From the NCBI GenBank assembly GCA_903837125.1, contig CAILTG010000025.1, forward strand, positions 1,340-65,339: a DNA stretch of 64,000 bases. Direction: 5' to 3'. The notes under the pieces are model-generated. The model saw only the letters and a list, made by a program, of their open reading frames with translations, had not been told where the DNA came from and did not search any database. Below, piece by piece: positions 47,143-57,290 of the stretch. A program made the translations under genes and the position numbers. The stretch comes from Candidatus Magasanikiibacteriota bacterium (GTDB taxonomy: Bacteria; Patescibacteriota; Patescibacteriia; Magasanikbacterales; UBA922). Position 1 is the first letter of the stretch, and the number at the start of each line of letters is the position of its first letter.

Positions 47143-47871
47143 ATGAATAAAGATATTAAAATTATTGCGGAAACTCCTGAATATTTAGTGTTGGAAAAAC
47201 CAGCTGGTATTTTGGTACATCCAACTTCGGCCAAGGAAACAGATACTTTAACAGAATGGTTATTGGAGAAATATCCAAAGATTATAAAAGTTGGTGATTC
47301 ACCAGAACGGCCAGGAATAGTTCATCGTTTAGATAAAGACGCTTCTGGACTTTTGGTGGTGGCTAAGACTCAGCCAATGTTTGAACATTTAAAAAAGCAA
47401 TTTCAAGAACGTTTAATTAACAAAGAATACTTGGTGCTGGTTTATGGCAAAATTAGTGCTGATGAAGGTAAAATTGATTTTGCTATTGATCGCGGTCCGG
47501 ATGGCCGTATGGTGTCGCGTCCTAAAACTGATCTTTTGAGTGTAGCTAAAGTGGGCAAAGAACAACCAGGCAAGTTGGCGTTGACTGAATTTTGGGTGGA
47601 GCAAAGATTTATTCGTTTCACTTATCTACGCGTAAAAATTCATACTGGCCGCACACATCAAATACGCGTACATATGTTTGCTTTTAATCATCCGGTAGTG
47701 GGAGATGAATTGTATTTGAACCGTAAGCTGGTAAAAAAGAATGAACAAAAATTGGGCCGATTATTTTTACATTCAACTAAATTGTGTTTTGCTGATTTGA
47801 AAGGCGAAGAAAAATGTTTTGAGAGTGAATTGCCAGAGAAGCTTAATAACTTTTTGAAAATATTAAAATAA
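47143..47871 (+). CDS. RluA/RluD-family pseudouridine synthase
   Basis: KPAG, RPGIVHRLDKDASG, TGRTHQIRVH. Confidence 0.92.
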   Translation: MNKDIKIIAETPEYLVLEKPAGILVHPTSAKETDTLTEWLLEKYPKIIKVGDSPERPGIVHRLDKDASGLLVVAKTQPMFEHLKKQFQERLINKEYLVLVYGKISADEGKIDFAIDRGPDGRMVSRPKTDLLSVAKVGKEQPGKLALTEFWVEQRFIRFTYLRVKIHTGRTHQIRVHMFAFNHPVVGDELYLNRKLVKKNEQKLGRLFLHSTKLCFADLKGEEKCFESELPEKLNNFLKILK

Positions 47872-47875
47872 ATTT

Positions 47876-49312
47876 ATGAAGAGATATTTGATTCTATTGG
47901 CTTGTTTTCTTGTTTTTATTGGAGTTGGATGTAATTTAGAATCAAAAAATGTTGTTAAACAAAATAAGAATATTGAGGTTAAAATGGGGGAGGCTACTAG
48001 TACTGTTTCCACTACGGTTACAGCTACAATTATTGTTACAACAAGTACAGCAGAGGAAAAAAATGATGACAGTCAGTATTATAAAACAGAGTCAGGATAT
48101 TATGCTGGGGTTAGTGATGGGTATATTTGGAAAGACGGTAAAAAACTTACGGAAATCACTCTTGATTTTTACGAAAATGGCAATCAAGATCAAAATGAGT
48201 ACATATTAAAGGAACTAGATATTAAGGGGCAAAAGAATTTATATGTAGTAAAGGTTGGCGGTTGTGGGGGTTGTGCCTGGATGAGAAATTTTTATTTTCA
48301 GGTAAATCAGGATGGTTCTTTAACTTATCATAAATTTAAGACTACAGACTCACAATTGTATTTGGGTGATTTGGATGGATTATTTTCACCGGATAAATCA
48401 AAATTGGCTTTTGTAAGAGGTGGAGAAAAAATCGAGCCGGTTAAAGAGCTAGATTCAATTTGGATTTTTGATTTATTAACTGGTGAAGAAAAAGGAGTTG
48501 GTAAATTAAAAGATGGTAAGGTTTTGTTTAATTGTAAGGATAATGAAAATTTGGAATTTGGTCCAGACTGCGAGTGGAATCCAAATAAAATATCTTGGAA
48601 AGATAATCAAGAGCTGGTGGTTAAGGTTCCTACAGTACCACTTTCTAAATCAGAAATTGCCGAAGGAAGTTTTAGTAAATACTATGGAGTGTTTAGAGAT
48701 TTACTGCCACAAATTTCCAACTTGTGGATAGAGAAAATTTACAGTTTCGATTTTGATAATGATGGTATTAATGAATATATTGTTTTCTATAATGTACCCA
48801 TTCAAAAGAAAGTAGAAATTTTTGGGGAAACAATAACCAGTAATGGAGCCATAGCAGTTTTTAAATTAACAAATGATGAATGGAAAAAAGTGTACGAGGA
48901 CGAAGGGACTGTTGGCAAGGAAGGATATGGAGTATATAGTGAAATGGGTAATAATTCAGTAGCTTTTGTTGACATAGACCAGGATGGAAATAAAGAAATA
49001 GAGATTTCAACGTCACAGGATGGTAGTGGCCATTATGTTGATAGTTATATTTTAAAATGGAATGGAGAAAAAATTGCCAAAGCAGATTTTAAGGAAACAA
49101 AGACTAAAAAAGAATTAAAAGAGGAATTTTTAATGCCTGGTGAAGAGTTAGGCCCGGGGGATTTAAGTTATGATTCCATCTGTGGTAGTGAATCGGAGTA
49201 TGACTGTACTTATAGACAAGACGCTCCAGGTGCAGTGGGAAAAATTGTAAAAAACTATAAATATAAGAATGGATTGTTTGTAGTTGATTCTTATCAACGT
49301 GTAAATTATTAA
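47876..49312 (+). CDS. Putative lipoprotein
   Basis: Lipobox-like IGVGC, Thr-rich linker, DFDNDG and DIDQDG loops. Confidence 0.7.
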   Translation: MKRYLILLACFLVFIGVGCNLESKNVVKQNKNIEVKMGEATSTVSTTVTATIIVTTSTAEEKNDDSQYYKTESGYYAGVSDGYIWKDGKKLTEITLDFYENGNQDQNEYILKELDIKGQKNLYVVKVGGCGGCAWMRNFYFQVNQDGSLTYHKFKTTDSQLYLGDLDGLFSPDKSKLAFVRGGEKIEPVKELDSIWIFDLLTGEEKGVGKLKDGKVLFNCKDNENLEFGPDCEWNPNKISWKDNQELVVKVPTVPLSKSEIAEGSFSKYYGVFRDLLPQISNLWIEKIYSFDFDNDGINEYIVFYNVPIQKKVEIFGETITSNGAIAVFKLTNDEWKKVYEDEGTVGKEGYGVYSEMGNNSVAFVDIDQDGNKEIEISTSQDGSGHYVDSYILKWNGEKIAKADFKETKTKKELKEEFLMPGEELGPGDLSYDSICGSESEYDCTYRQDAPGAVGKIVKNYKYKNGLFVVDSYQRVNY

Positions 49313-49314
49313 AT

Positions 49315-49887
49315 ATGAGTATTGGTAAATTAGTTATTATTTCATCACCTTCTGGCGGCGGTAAAGATTCAGTAATTAACGCTTTGTTAAAAATTTTTGT
49401 TAATTCTGGAAGATTTATTACCACTACTTCACGTCCAACTAGGCCAGGAAATGTAAACGGGGTGGATTATTATTTTGTTAGTAAAGAAGAATTTGAACAA
49501 AAAATAAAAAATAACGAAATGCTGGAATATAATATTTATGCGGGAAATTATTATGGCACCGAGAAGCAAAAATTGGCTGAAGCTTTGGAAAAATATAATT
49601 TTATTTTTACACAAATAGAAGTAAATGGTAAACATAATTTAGATAAAATTGGCGTGGCTAATATTTCCATATTTTTATTGCCAGAAAATGAAGAAATTTT
49701 GCGTCGTCGCATTGAGCGGCGTGGTGGGCTTACTTCAGAGATCATTGCCGAGCGGATGCGGATTGCTAAAGAGGAGATAACTAAGTCCGAAGATTATGAT
49801 TTAAGAATAGTGAATGTAGATGGTAAATTTGAGGAGACAGTAGATAAAATTAAGGTTTTTTTGTTGAATATTGACAAAAAAGCTTAA
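49315..49887 (+). CDS. gmk: Guanylate kinase
   Basis: SPSGGGKD, TTSRPTRPG, GVDYYF, NYYGT. Confidence 0.95.
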   Translation: MSIGKLVIISSPSGGGKDSVINALLKIFVNSGRFITTTSRPTRPGNVNGVDYYFVSKEEFEQKIKNNEMLEYNIYAGNYYGTEKQKLAEALEKYNFIFTQIEVNGKHNLDKIGVANISIFLLPENEEILRRRIERRGGLTSEIIAERMRIAKEEITKSEDYDLRIVNVDGKFEETVDKIKVFLLNIDKKA

Positions 49888-49908
49888 ATATTATAGAATA
49901 ATGCCACT
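49871..49908 (+). promoter_or_regulatory. rplS promoter
   Basis: TTGACA-17-TAGAAT followed by AATGCCACT. Confidence 0.7.
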
Positions 49909-49969
49909 TTAACATAACCGCGACGTTGGGCAGACATCAGCTTAACCTCTCCATAATTATATATAATAT

Positions 49970-50311
49970 ATGTCAGATGATATTAGAAATTCCATTAAAC
50001 CTGGAATGATTGTAAAAGTTCATCAGAAAATTAAAGAAACCAATACCAAAGGTGAAGAAAAGGAACGTATTCAGATTTTTGAGGGCATAGTTTTGGCAGT
50101 GAAACATGGCACAGAAATTGGGGCCACTTTTACTGTGAGAAAAACTTCTGAAGGTGTGGGTGTGGAAAAGATTTTTCCAATTGCCTCTCCAGTAGTAGCT
50201 AAAGTGGAATTGGTGCGTCAGATCAAAGTGAATCGGGCAAAACCAAATTATTTGCGTACTTACAAAAAAACTTTGAAGGAAGTAAAAAAAGAAGTTAAAG
50301 CTAAGAAATAA
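49970..50311 (+). CDS. rplS: 50S ribosomal protein L19
   Basis: [24 protein letters not shown]. Confidence 0.97.
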   Translation: MSDDIRNSIKPGMIVKVHQKIKETNTKGEEKERIQIFEGIVLAVKHGTEIGATFTVRKTSEGVGVEKIFPIASPVVAKVELVRQIKVNRAKPNYLRTYKKTLKEVKKEVKAKK

Positions 50312-50348
50312 GCTCGTAAAGTTATTAAAGTTGAGAAATTTTTTAAGT

Positions 50349-50384
50349 AAAAAAGCCGTTTCGCATCTTGAGGAACGGCTTTTA
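50349..50384 (+). terminator. Terminator
   Basis: aaaagccgtt...aacggctttt. Confidence 0.6.
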
Positions 50385-50419
50385 AAATAGTGAAAATTAT
50401 GATAATCTAATTTGGTAAT

Positions 50420-50504
50420 GGAGAGGTGTCAGAGTGGTCTAATGTGCGGCTCTCGAAAAGCCGTGTCCTGCAAAGGACCGTGGGTTCAAATCCCACCCTC
50501 TCCG
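50420..50504 (+). tRNA. tRNA-Ser(CGA)
   Basis: GGAGAGG/CCTCTCC, arm CGGCT-CTCGAAA-AGCCG, long variable arm. Confidence 0.93.
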
Positions 50505-50650
50505 CCTTCGCCCGCCGTAGCTCCCAAGAGCGTAGGCGGGAACAGTGTTTATCAATAAAACATTGTTCAGCGAATTAAAACCTAGGGCTACGGCGGATGT
50601 AATCCGGTTAAAACTTACTTCGCCCACCTAAAGCTTCGGACGGGCAAACA
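50505..50650. repeat. Cluster of GC-rich REP-like hairpins after tRNA-Ser
   Basis: cccgcc-gtagctcccaagagcgta-ggcggg; gctacggcgg; cttcgccc...cgggc. Confidence 0.5.
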
Positions 50651-50661
50651 AGGTCTGTAGT

Positions 50662-51936
50662 ATGAATATAAAAATAGAAAAATTAGTTTTTGGAGGGCAG
50701 GGTCTTGGTCGAGTAGATAACAAGGCAGTTTTTGTTTGGAATGCTTTACCAGGTGAAGAAGTAGAAGTTGAGTTAATTAAAGATAAACCAAATTTTGCCG
50801 AAGGCATTGCCAGAAAAATTATTAAAAAATCTTCAGATAGACTTGAGCCACAGGAGGATCATTATTTAGCATGTAGCCCTTGGCAAATTATTTCTTTTGT
50901 TAAAGAAAATGAGTGGAAGGTGGAAATTGCCAAAGAGACATTTAAAAAATTTGGTTCTTTTGAATGGCCAAAGTTGAATATTATTTCAGATAATAATGAA
51001 TTTGGCTATAGGAATAAAATGGAATATTCTTTTATTAAGTATGAGGGGAAAATTAGTTTGGCATTTTTTGAAAGAGAAAGTAGAAGACACATCCCAATCA
51101 AAATTTGTGAATTAGCTCGTCCTGAAATTAACAAAGTGGCGTTGGAATTGTTAGTCTGGATTAACAAAAATAATATTTCTTTAGATAGTTTAAAGTCTAT
51201 GATTGTGCGCTGTAATCAAAAAGGGGAAGTGATTGTCGGCTTATTTTTAAAAGATAGATTGCAATTTAAAAATTATCCGGAATTAAAAACCAATTTTATT
51301 GGTTTGAATATATTTTATTCTACTCAGCAAAGTCCAGTCTCGGTGCCAACAGCTGTTTTGTACAAAGTAGGGCAGGATTTTTTAGAGGAGGAATTGTTTG
51401 GGGTAAAATTATGTTATGGTTTATTTAGTTTTTTTCAAATTAATATACCAATTTTTAAAAAGGCTTTGGAAGATATAAAAAGATTTATTGATCCCGATGA
51501 TAATATTATTGATTATTATTCTGGTGTGGGAGCGATTGGTTTGTCCGTCTCAAATGTAGGGGCGAATTGCTATTCGTCCACGCTGATAGAAAGCAACCCG
51601 GAAGCAGTTGAATATGCCAAAATAAACATTAAATTAAATGGGTTAGTTAATTGTGAAGCAATTTGCGCGCCATCAGAAAAAATGGTAGATTTGATTGCAG
51701 CCGATAAAACAATAATTTTTGATCCTCCTAGAGCGGGATTGGATAAGAAAGTAATAGAAAGAGTAAATAAGACCAAGCCAGCCAAAATAATTTATTTATC
51801 TTGTGATTTGGCGACCCAGGCCAGAGATATTGGATTATTAAAAGAAAATTATAATATTAATTTTTTGAAATTGTATAATTTTTTCCCGCGTACAGCGCAT
51901 ATAGAAGGACTGGTAGTTCTGCAAATTAAAAAATAA
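50662..51936 (+). CDS. RlmD/TrmA-family RNA m5U methyltransferase
   Basis: TRAM N-terminus, YRNK, FFQIN, DPPRAG, YLSC, FPRTAHIE. Confidence 0.9.
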   Translation: MNIKIEKLVFGGQGLGRVDNKAVFVWNALPGEEVEVELIKDKPNFAEGIARKIIKKSSDRLEPQEDHYLACSPWQIISFVKENEWKVEIAKETFKKFGSFEWPKLNIISDNNEFGYRNKMEYSFIKYEGKISLAFFERESRRHIPIKICELARPEINKVALELLVWINKNNISLDSLKSMIVRCNQKGEVIVGLFLKDRLQFKNYPELKTNFIGLNIFYSTQQSPVSVPTAVLYKVGQDFLEEELFGVKLCYGLFSFFQINIPIFKKALEDIKRFIDPDDNIIDYYSGVGAIGLSVSNVGANCYSSTLIESNPEAVEYAKINIKLNGLVNCEAICAPSEKMVDLIAADKTIIFDPPRAGLDKKVIERVNKTKPAKIIYLSCDLATQARDIGLLKENYNINFLKLYNFFPRTAHIEGLVVLQIKK

Positions 51937-51993
51937 TAGAGTGAGCCTGAGATTGCCGTGTCGTCGTACCTCCTCCTCGCAATGACAGATTAT

Positions 51994-52815
51994 ATGTTAG
52001 GTGAATTTGTTTGTTTAAATGGAAAATTTATAAAAAATGAAGAAGCCAAAATCAGTATTGGTAGTCTTGAGTTTTCTTATGGTTTTGGAGTATATGAAAA
52101 TATTCGCCTTCGAAATGGTAGAGTATATTTTTTGAGTGAGCATTTAGAACGTTTGTTACATTCAGCTAAAATGATTGGTTTGATTCATCAGTTTTTTGTA
52201 GAGACAATTGTACAGTGGGTCAATGATACAATCGTTAAGAATGAAGTAAAATCGGCTAATATTAAAATGTTATTAATTGGTGGACAAGAGCCACAATTAT
52301 ACATTATGCTTTTAGCACCTCAATATCCGGATAAGAAGATTTATCGCGATGGTGTATTAGTTAACACTTATCAATTTGAACGTTTTTTACCACAAGCCAA
52401 AACTTTGAATATGTTGCCAAGTTATTTGGCTTATAGTGCAGCCAAAAAGGTTGGTGCTTATGATTCATTATTTATAGATAAAAAAGGCAAGGTGGCAGAG
52501 GGTACTAGGTCCAATTTTTTTGTCATAAAAAATAAAACTTTATATACTCCGTCAGTAGAAAAAGTGTTAGACGGTGTTACTCGTCGCACTGTTATTGATT
52601 GTGCTAAACAAAATGGTTATAAAGTAGCAGAAAAAGAAATTAAATTAAAAGATATTTTTAAATATGCTGGGGCGTTTTTGACGAATACGTCGGGTAAAAT
52701 AATACCAGTGCGAGGAATTATGAATTATGAATTAGGAATTAAGAATTTTGACGGAATTTGTGATGAATTGAAAAATTTAATTAAATTATATGATGAATAT
52801 TTGGATAATTTATGA
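51994..52815 (+). CDS. Aminotransferase class IV (IlvE/PabC-like)
   Basis: YGFGVYE, HLERL, KTLN, EGTRSNFF, LDGVTR. Confidence 0.88.
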   Translation: MLGEFVCLNGKFIKNEEAKISIGSLEFSYGFGVYENIRLRNGRVYFLSEHLERLLHSAKMIGLIHQFFVETIVQWVNDTIVKNEVKSANIKMLLIGGQEPQLYIMLLAPQYPDKKIYRDGVLVNTYQFERFLPQAKTLNMLPSYLAYSAAKKVGAYDSLFIDKKGKVAEGTRSNFFVIKNKTLYTPSVEKVLDGVTRRTVIDCAKQNGYKVAEKEIKLKDIFKYAGAFLTNTSGKIIPVRGIMNYELGIKNFDGICDELKNLIKLYDEYLDNL

Positions 52816-53990
52816 ATAAGAAATTAATTTTAAAACCAGGCCGGGATAAAGCGATCAGGAATTTTCACCATTGGATTTTTTCTGGGGCGATAAATAATAT
52901 AGGTAATTATGAAGATGGCGAGGTTTTGTCAGTTTATAGTTCAAATAATGAACTTTTAGGTAGTGCTTATGCCAACCATCAAACTTCAATTACCGCGCGC
53001 ATGTTAAGTTTTGGTAAAGTTGAGCCACTAGAGGCAGTAAAGAAAAATATTGATAGTGCGATTGAGATGAGGAAAAAGTTTTTTGATTGGAATAAAACTA
53101 ATTGTTACCGTTTGATTAATTCCGAGGGCGATAACATCCCCGGTTTAATTGTTGATCATTATAATGAAGTTTTGGTGATGCAAATTGCCACGGCTGGTAT
53201 TGATAAATTAAAACAGTTTATTGTTGATTATCTGGTAGAGAAATTACACCCAAAAGCGATTTATGAAAAATCAGATTTACCTTCGCGCCGGGAAGAAGGC
53301 TTGCAGATGACAGAGGGTTTTTTGTATGGTGAAGATGTTCCTAATGTTCTAAACGTTCAAATTGTTGAAAACGAAATAAAGTTTCAAGTAGATTTAAAGA
53401 ATAGTCAAAAGACTGGTTTCTTTTTGGATCAACGAGAAATGCGAGTTTTAGTTGGTCAAATGGCTAAGAATAAAAAAGTTTTAAATTGTTTTTCTTATAC
53501 TGGCGGTTTTTCTCTTTATGCTGCCCATGGTGGTGCGAACCAAGTGGATTCAGTAGATATTTCGGCTGAGGCGATAGAGCAGGCTAAAATAAATTTTAAG
53601 TTGAATAATTTTGACATTAAAAAAAATAATTTTTATGCTGAAGATGTTTTTCAATTTTTGCGTGGAAAAGAATTAAATTACGATTTGATAATTCTTGACC
53701 CGCCGGCTTTTGCTAAAAAGAAATCAGACATAATTCAGGCTTGCCGTGGTTACAAAGATATTAATCGTTTGGCTTTCATGAAAATGCCAAGTGGTTCAAT
53801 TTTAGTTACTTCTTCTTGTTCCTATCATGTAGACGAGAAATTATTCCAGACTGTAGTTTTTCAGGCAGCAGTAGAAGCCAAAAGAAAAGTAAGAATAATT
53901 CAACGCCATCATTTGGCCCCAGACCACCCCATAAATATCTTCCATCCAGAAGGTGAATACTTAAAGAGTTTGGTGTTGTGGGTGGAGTAG
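52812..53990 (+). CDS. rlmI: 23S rRNA m5C methyltransferase, RlmI-like
   Basis: HHWIFSG, SEGD, QKTGFFLDQRE, LDPPAFAK, YLK. Confidence 0.88.
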   Translation: MNKKLILKPGRDKAIRNFHHWIFSGAINNIGNYEDGEVLSVYSSNNELLGSAYANHQTSITARMLSFGKVEPLEAVKKNIDSAIEMRKKFFDWNKTNCYRLINSEGDNIPGLIVDHYNEVLVMQIATAGIDKLKQFIVDYLVEKLHPKAIYEKSDLPSRREEGLQMTEGFLYGEDVPNVLNVQIVENEIKFQVDLKNSQKTGFFLDQREMRVLVGQMAKNKKVLNCFSYTGGFSLYAAHGGANQVDSVDISAEAIEQAKINFKLNNFDIKKNNFYAEDVFQFLRGKELNYDLIILDPPAFAKKKSDIIQACRGYKDINRLAFMKMPSGSILVTSSCSYHVDEKLFQTVVFQAAVEAKRKVRIIQRHHLAPDHPINIFHPEGEYLKSLVLWVE

Positions 53991-54029
53991 CTTTTGTGCT
54001 ATTATATAAATGCTTAATTAGTATATTTT

Positions 54030-54971
54030 ATGTCTATTCTAATCTCAGGTTCATTGGCCTACGACTATATCATGGATTTTCCAGATAGTTTTAAAAATCA
54101 TATTTTGCCAGATCAAATCCATATTTTGAATGTTTGTTTTGTGGTGGATGAACTCCGGAAAAATTTTGGCGGCTGTGCTGGTAATATTGCTTATACTGTT
54201 AAATTGTTGGGCGGAGATCCTATTATTTTGGCTGCCTTGGGTATGGACGCAATAGATTATTTAGAACATTTTAAAAAGAATCATATAAATATTAGCTACA
54301 TGCCGGTTTCTAAAAATAAAATGACTTCTTCAGCGCATATAACCACAGACAGAGATGATAACCAGATTGTGGCTTATTATGGAGGCGCAGGAGATGAGTC
54401 AATAAATTTGGATATTAGTGAGGTAAAAGAAAAAATTGATTTGGTAATTATTGCTCCCACCAAAAAAGAAGTTATGATTAAGCATGCCAAGGAGTGTTAT
54501 GATAAAAAAATTCCATTTGTATTTGATCCTTCGCATCAATTAACGGCCTTTACACCCCAAGAATTAATGATGGTAATTGGCCAAGCTAAATTTTATATTG
54601 CCAATGATTATGAAATGAAATTAACTGAAGAAAAAACTGGTATGACAGCTAAAGATATGTTGGATCATCTGGAGGCGGTTATTGTTACTTTAGGTGATCA
54701 TGGTTCTAAGGTTATTACTAAAAATAAGGTGATTGAAGTAGGAACTTGTCCGGCTCAATCGGTTGACGACCCTACGGGGGCGGGTGATGCTTACCGCGCT
54801 GGATTTTTCTCGGCTTATATAAAAGGATTAGATTTGAAAACTTGTGCTGAAGTTGGAGCAGTGGCGGCTACTTATACTGTAGAGAAATACGGAACCCAAA
54901 CGCATGAATTTACGGTTCCAGAATTTAAAATTAAATTTGAAAAGGCTTTTGGAAGTGAGTTGAAGTGGTGA
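54030..54971 (+). CDS. PfkB-family nucleoside (probably adenosine) kinase
   Basis: GSLAYD, FGGCAGNIAY, NDYE, DPTGAGDAYRAG. Confidence 0.85.
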   Translation: MSILISGSLAYDYIMDFPDSFKNHILPDQIHILNVCFVVDELRKNFGGCAGNIAYTVKLLGGDPIILAALGMDAIDYLEHFKKNHINISYMPVSKNKMTSSAHITTDRDDNQIVAYYGGAGDESINLDISEVKEKIDLVIIAPTKKEVMIKHAKECYDKKIPFVFDPSHQLTAFTPQELMMVIGQAKFYIANDYEMKLTEEKTGMTAKDMLDHLEAVIVTLGDHGSKVITKNKVIEVGTCPAQSVDDPTGAGDAYRAGFFSAYIKGLDLKTCAEVGAVAATYTVEKYGTQTHEFTVPEFKIKFEKAFGSELKW

Positions 54972-55050
54972 TTTGATTAATTGATTGAAAGATTATAAGA
55001 TTAAAAGATTGCAAGATTATAATAATCTTTTAGTCTTTTAATCTTTAGTT
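54972..55050. repeat. AAGATT octamer-like tandem/inverted repeats
   Basis: aagattat-aagattaa-aagattgc-aagattat then aatctttt-agtcttttaatcttt. Confidence 0.6.
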
Positions 55051-55069
55051 ATATTTTGAAAATAAAAAT

Positions 55070-56377
55070 ATGCTTAATAAAAATGACTACAAGGTGGCTG
55101 ATTTGTCTCTTGCTGAAGCTGGCAGAAAGCAAATTATTTTGGCAGAAAAAGAAATGCCAGGATTAATGTCTTTGTGTAAAAAATATCAGGGTAAAAAACC
55201 GCTTAAAGGTGCGCGAATTGCTGGTTGTCTGCACATGACCACCCAGACTGCGGTGTTAATTGAAACTTTGGTTAAATTAGGAGCAGAGGTGCGCTGGTCA
55301 AGTTGTAATATTTTTTCTACTCAAGATGAAGCTGCAGCTGCTGTGGCTAAAGTTGGTGTGCCAGTGTTTGCTTGGAAAGGTGAAACCGAAGATGAATATT
55401 GGTGGTGTGTGGAACAATCTTTAAAATTTACTAGTGGTCAAGGACCAAATTTATTATTGGATGATGGTGGAGATTTAACTTTACTCATTCATGAAAAACA
55501 TCCAGAAATGTTAAAAGAAATTAAGGGTGTGTCTGAAGAAACTACTACTGGCGTGCACCGTCTTTATCAAATGATGGAAAATAAAACTTTGGCTACGGTA
55601 GCGATTAATGTAAATGATTCGGTTACCAAATCTAAATTTGATAATAAATACGGCTGTCGTGAATCTTTGGCTGATGGTATTAAACGGGCTACTGATATTA
55701 TGATTGCTGGGAAAGTAGTGGTGATTGCTGGCTATGGTGATGTGGGTAAGGGTTGTACCCAATCAATGCGTGGGTTTGGCGCCAGGGTTTTGGTTACCGA
55801 AATTGATCCAATTAATGCCTTGCAAGCCGCTATGGAAGGTTACGAAGTTGTTACCATGGAAGAAGCAGTGAAAATTGGTGATATTTTTGTTACCACTACT
55901 GGTTGTTGTGATGTGATTACTGGCGCGCATCTAGATAAAATGAAAGATGCTGCTATAGTATGTAATATTGGACATTTTGATAGTGAAATTGATGTTGCCT
56001 GGCTTACTTCACAGAAAAATATTAAAGAAGAAAATATTAAACCACAAGTAGATAAATTTATTTGGTCCAGTGGCAAGTGTTTAATATTATTATCACGCGG
56101 ACGTTTGGTAAATTTGGGCAATGCCCATGGCCATCCTAGTTTTGTGATGAGTGCTAGTTTTACCAATCAAGTATTAGCACAACTATCGCTTTGGACTGAA
56201 TCTGATAAATATGAAAGTGGTAAGGTTTACACTTTGTCTAAGGCCTTGGATGAAGAGGTAGCCCGTTTACATTTAACTAAGTTAGGGGCCAAACTCACTA
56301 AGCTTACTTCTAAACAGGCAAAATATCTTGGTTTGCCAATTAATGGACCTTATAAGAGTGAGTGGTACCGGTATTAG
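55070..56377 (+). CDS. ahcY: S-adenosylhomocysteine hydrolase
   Basis: [38 protein letters not shown]. Confidence 0.97.
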   Translation: MLNKNDYKVADLSLAEAGRKQIILAEKEMPGLMSLCKKYQGKKPLKGARIAGCLHMTTQTAVLIETLVKLGAEVRWSSCNIFSTQDEAAAAVAKVGVPVFAWKGETEDEYWWCVEQSLKFTSGQGPNLLLDDGGDLTLLIHEKHPEMLKEIKGVSEETTTGVHRLYQMMENKTLATVAINVNDSVTKSKFDNKYGCRESLADGIKRATDIMIAGKVVVIAGYGDVGKGCTQSMRGFGARVLVTEIDPINALQAAMEGYEVVTMEEAVKIGDIFVTTTGCCDVITGAHLDKMKDAAIVCNIGHFDSEIDVAWLTSQKNIKEENIKPQVDKFIWSSGKCLILLSRGRLVNLGNAHGHPSFVMSASFTNQVLAQLSLWTESDKYESGKVYTLSKALDEEVARLHLTKLGAKLTKLTSKQAKYLGLPINGPYKSEWYRY

Positions 56378-56393
56378 TTTGTAAAATTATAAA

Positions 56394-56419
56394 GTAGGGA
56401 CGCGCCATGGTGCGTCCTT
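56394..56419 (+). repeat. GTAG-type REP hairpin
   Basis: GTAG-GGACGCGCCATGGTGCGTCC; related element at 51556. Confidence 0.6.
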
Positions 56420-56512
56420 TGTATTAGTGTGGATTAGTGCGTTTAGATTAGCGGGCTACTGTTGACTTTTTCTCGGATATGTTATAATATGGCCATCTCT
56501 TAAATTAACGTT

Positions 56513-57289
56513 ATGGATGGTTTTTTACCTCAAAATCAGTCAGTAGAAACTATTAGAAAATGGTATAAAACTCCGGGTGGAATAGTTTTCTTGTCAATCA
56601 TCGGAATAATTTTAGCCGGTGTTTTGTTTTTTATGGGCACTTTTACCTATTATTTGTGGCAAATAAAATATGGTAATGCTGCTGATCAGTTGGCCAATAA
56701 TCTAAAAAAACAAAATAATGAAATCTTTGGCAATAAAACCACCAGCACTACTGCGGAGAATGTTTTAATAAAAGATTATTCTAAATATATTAGGAATTAT
56801 AATCCTATTAAAGGCAAAGTGGGGGCGTCGGTAACTGTTTTAATGTTTGTGGATTTTGAGTGTCCTTATTGTCGCCAAGCTTATGCGGATTTTAATATAA
56901 TAATGAAACGTTATAGCCCAGTGGCTAGATTTGTTTTTAAAAATATTACCGGTCAAACTCATCTTAATGCTCTGCGAGCTGCCATTGCTGCTACTTGTGC
57001 AGAAGAGCAAAATAAATTTTGGGAATATTATGATTTATTGTTTCAAAAACAGCAGTTAGATGATAATTCTTTGTTAAAAGACGCCGAAGATTTGAATTTA
57101 GACACTACTGCTTTTGCCAATTGTACCAGCACTGAAAAATATCAAGACAATATTAATCAAGATATAATGGACGCAGCGGATTTAGATATTTTAGGTACTC
57201 CTACTTATTTTGTGAATGGAGTGAAATATTCCGGGGTAATGAGTTTAGCTGATTGGGATAAAATTATTTTAAATTCTTTAAAAAAATAA
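56513..57289 (+). CDS. Membrane-anchored DsbA/thioredoxin-fold protein
   Basis: DFECPYC, GTPT. Confidence 0.9.
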   Translation: MDGFLPQNQSVETIRKWYKTPGGIVFLSIIGIILAGVLFFMGTFTYYLWQIKYGNAADQLANNLKKQNNEIFGNKTTSTTAENVLIKDYSKYIRNYNPIKGKVGASVTVLMFVDFECPYCRQAYADFNIIMKRYSPVARFVFKNITGQTHLNALRAAIAATCAEEQNKFWEYYDLLFQKQQLDDNSLLKDAEDLNLDTTAFANCTSTEKYQDNINQDIMDAADLDILGTPTYFVNGVKYSGVMSLADWDKIILNSLKK

Positions 57290-57290
57290 T

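Noticed and set aside
46845-47234. 129-aa minus-strand ORF
   Set aside because: Antisense to two tRNAs and the pseudouridine synthase start
50439-50650. 62-aa ORF and possible attachment site after tRNA-Ser
   Set aside because: ORF is antisense to the tRNA; no integrase or duplicated tRNA 3' end was seen
54972-55069. SAH riboswitch upstream of ahcY
   Set aside because: Region is AT-rich AAGATT microrepeats with no aptamer-like sequence
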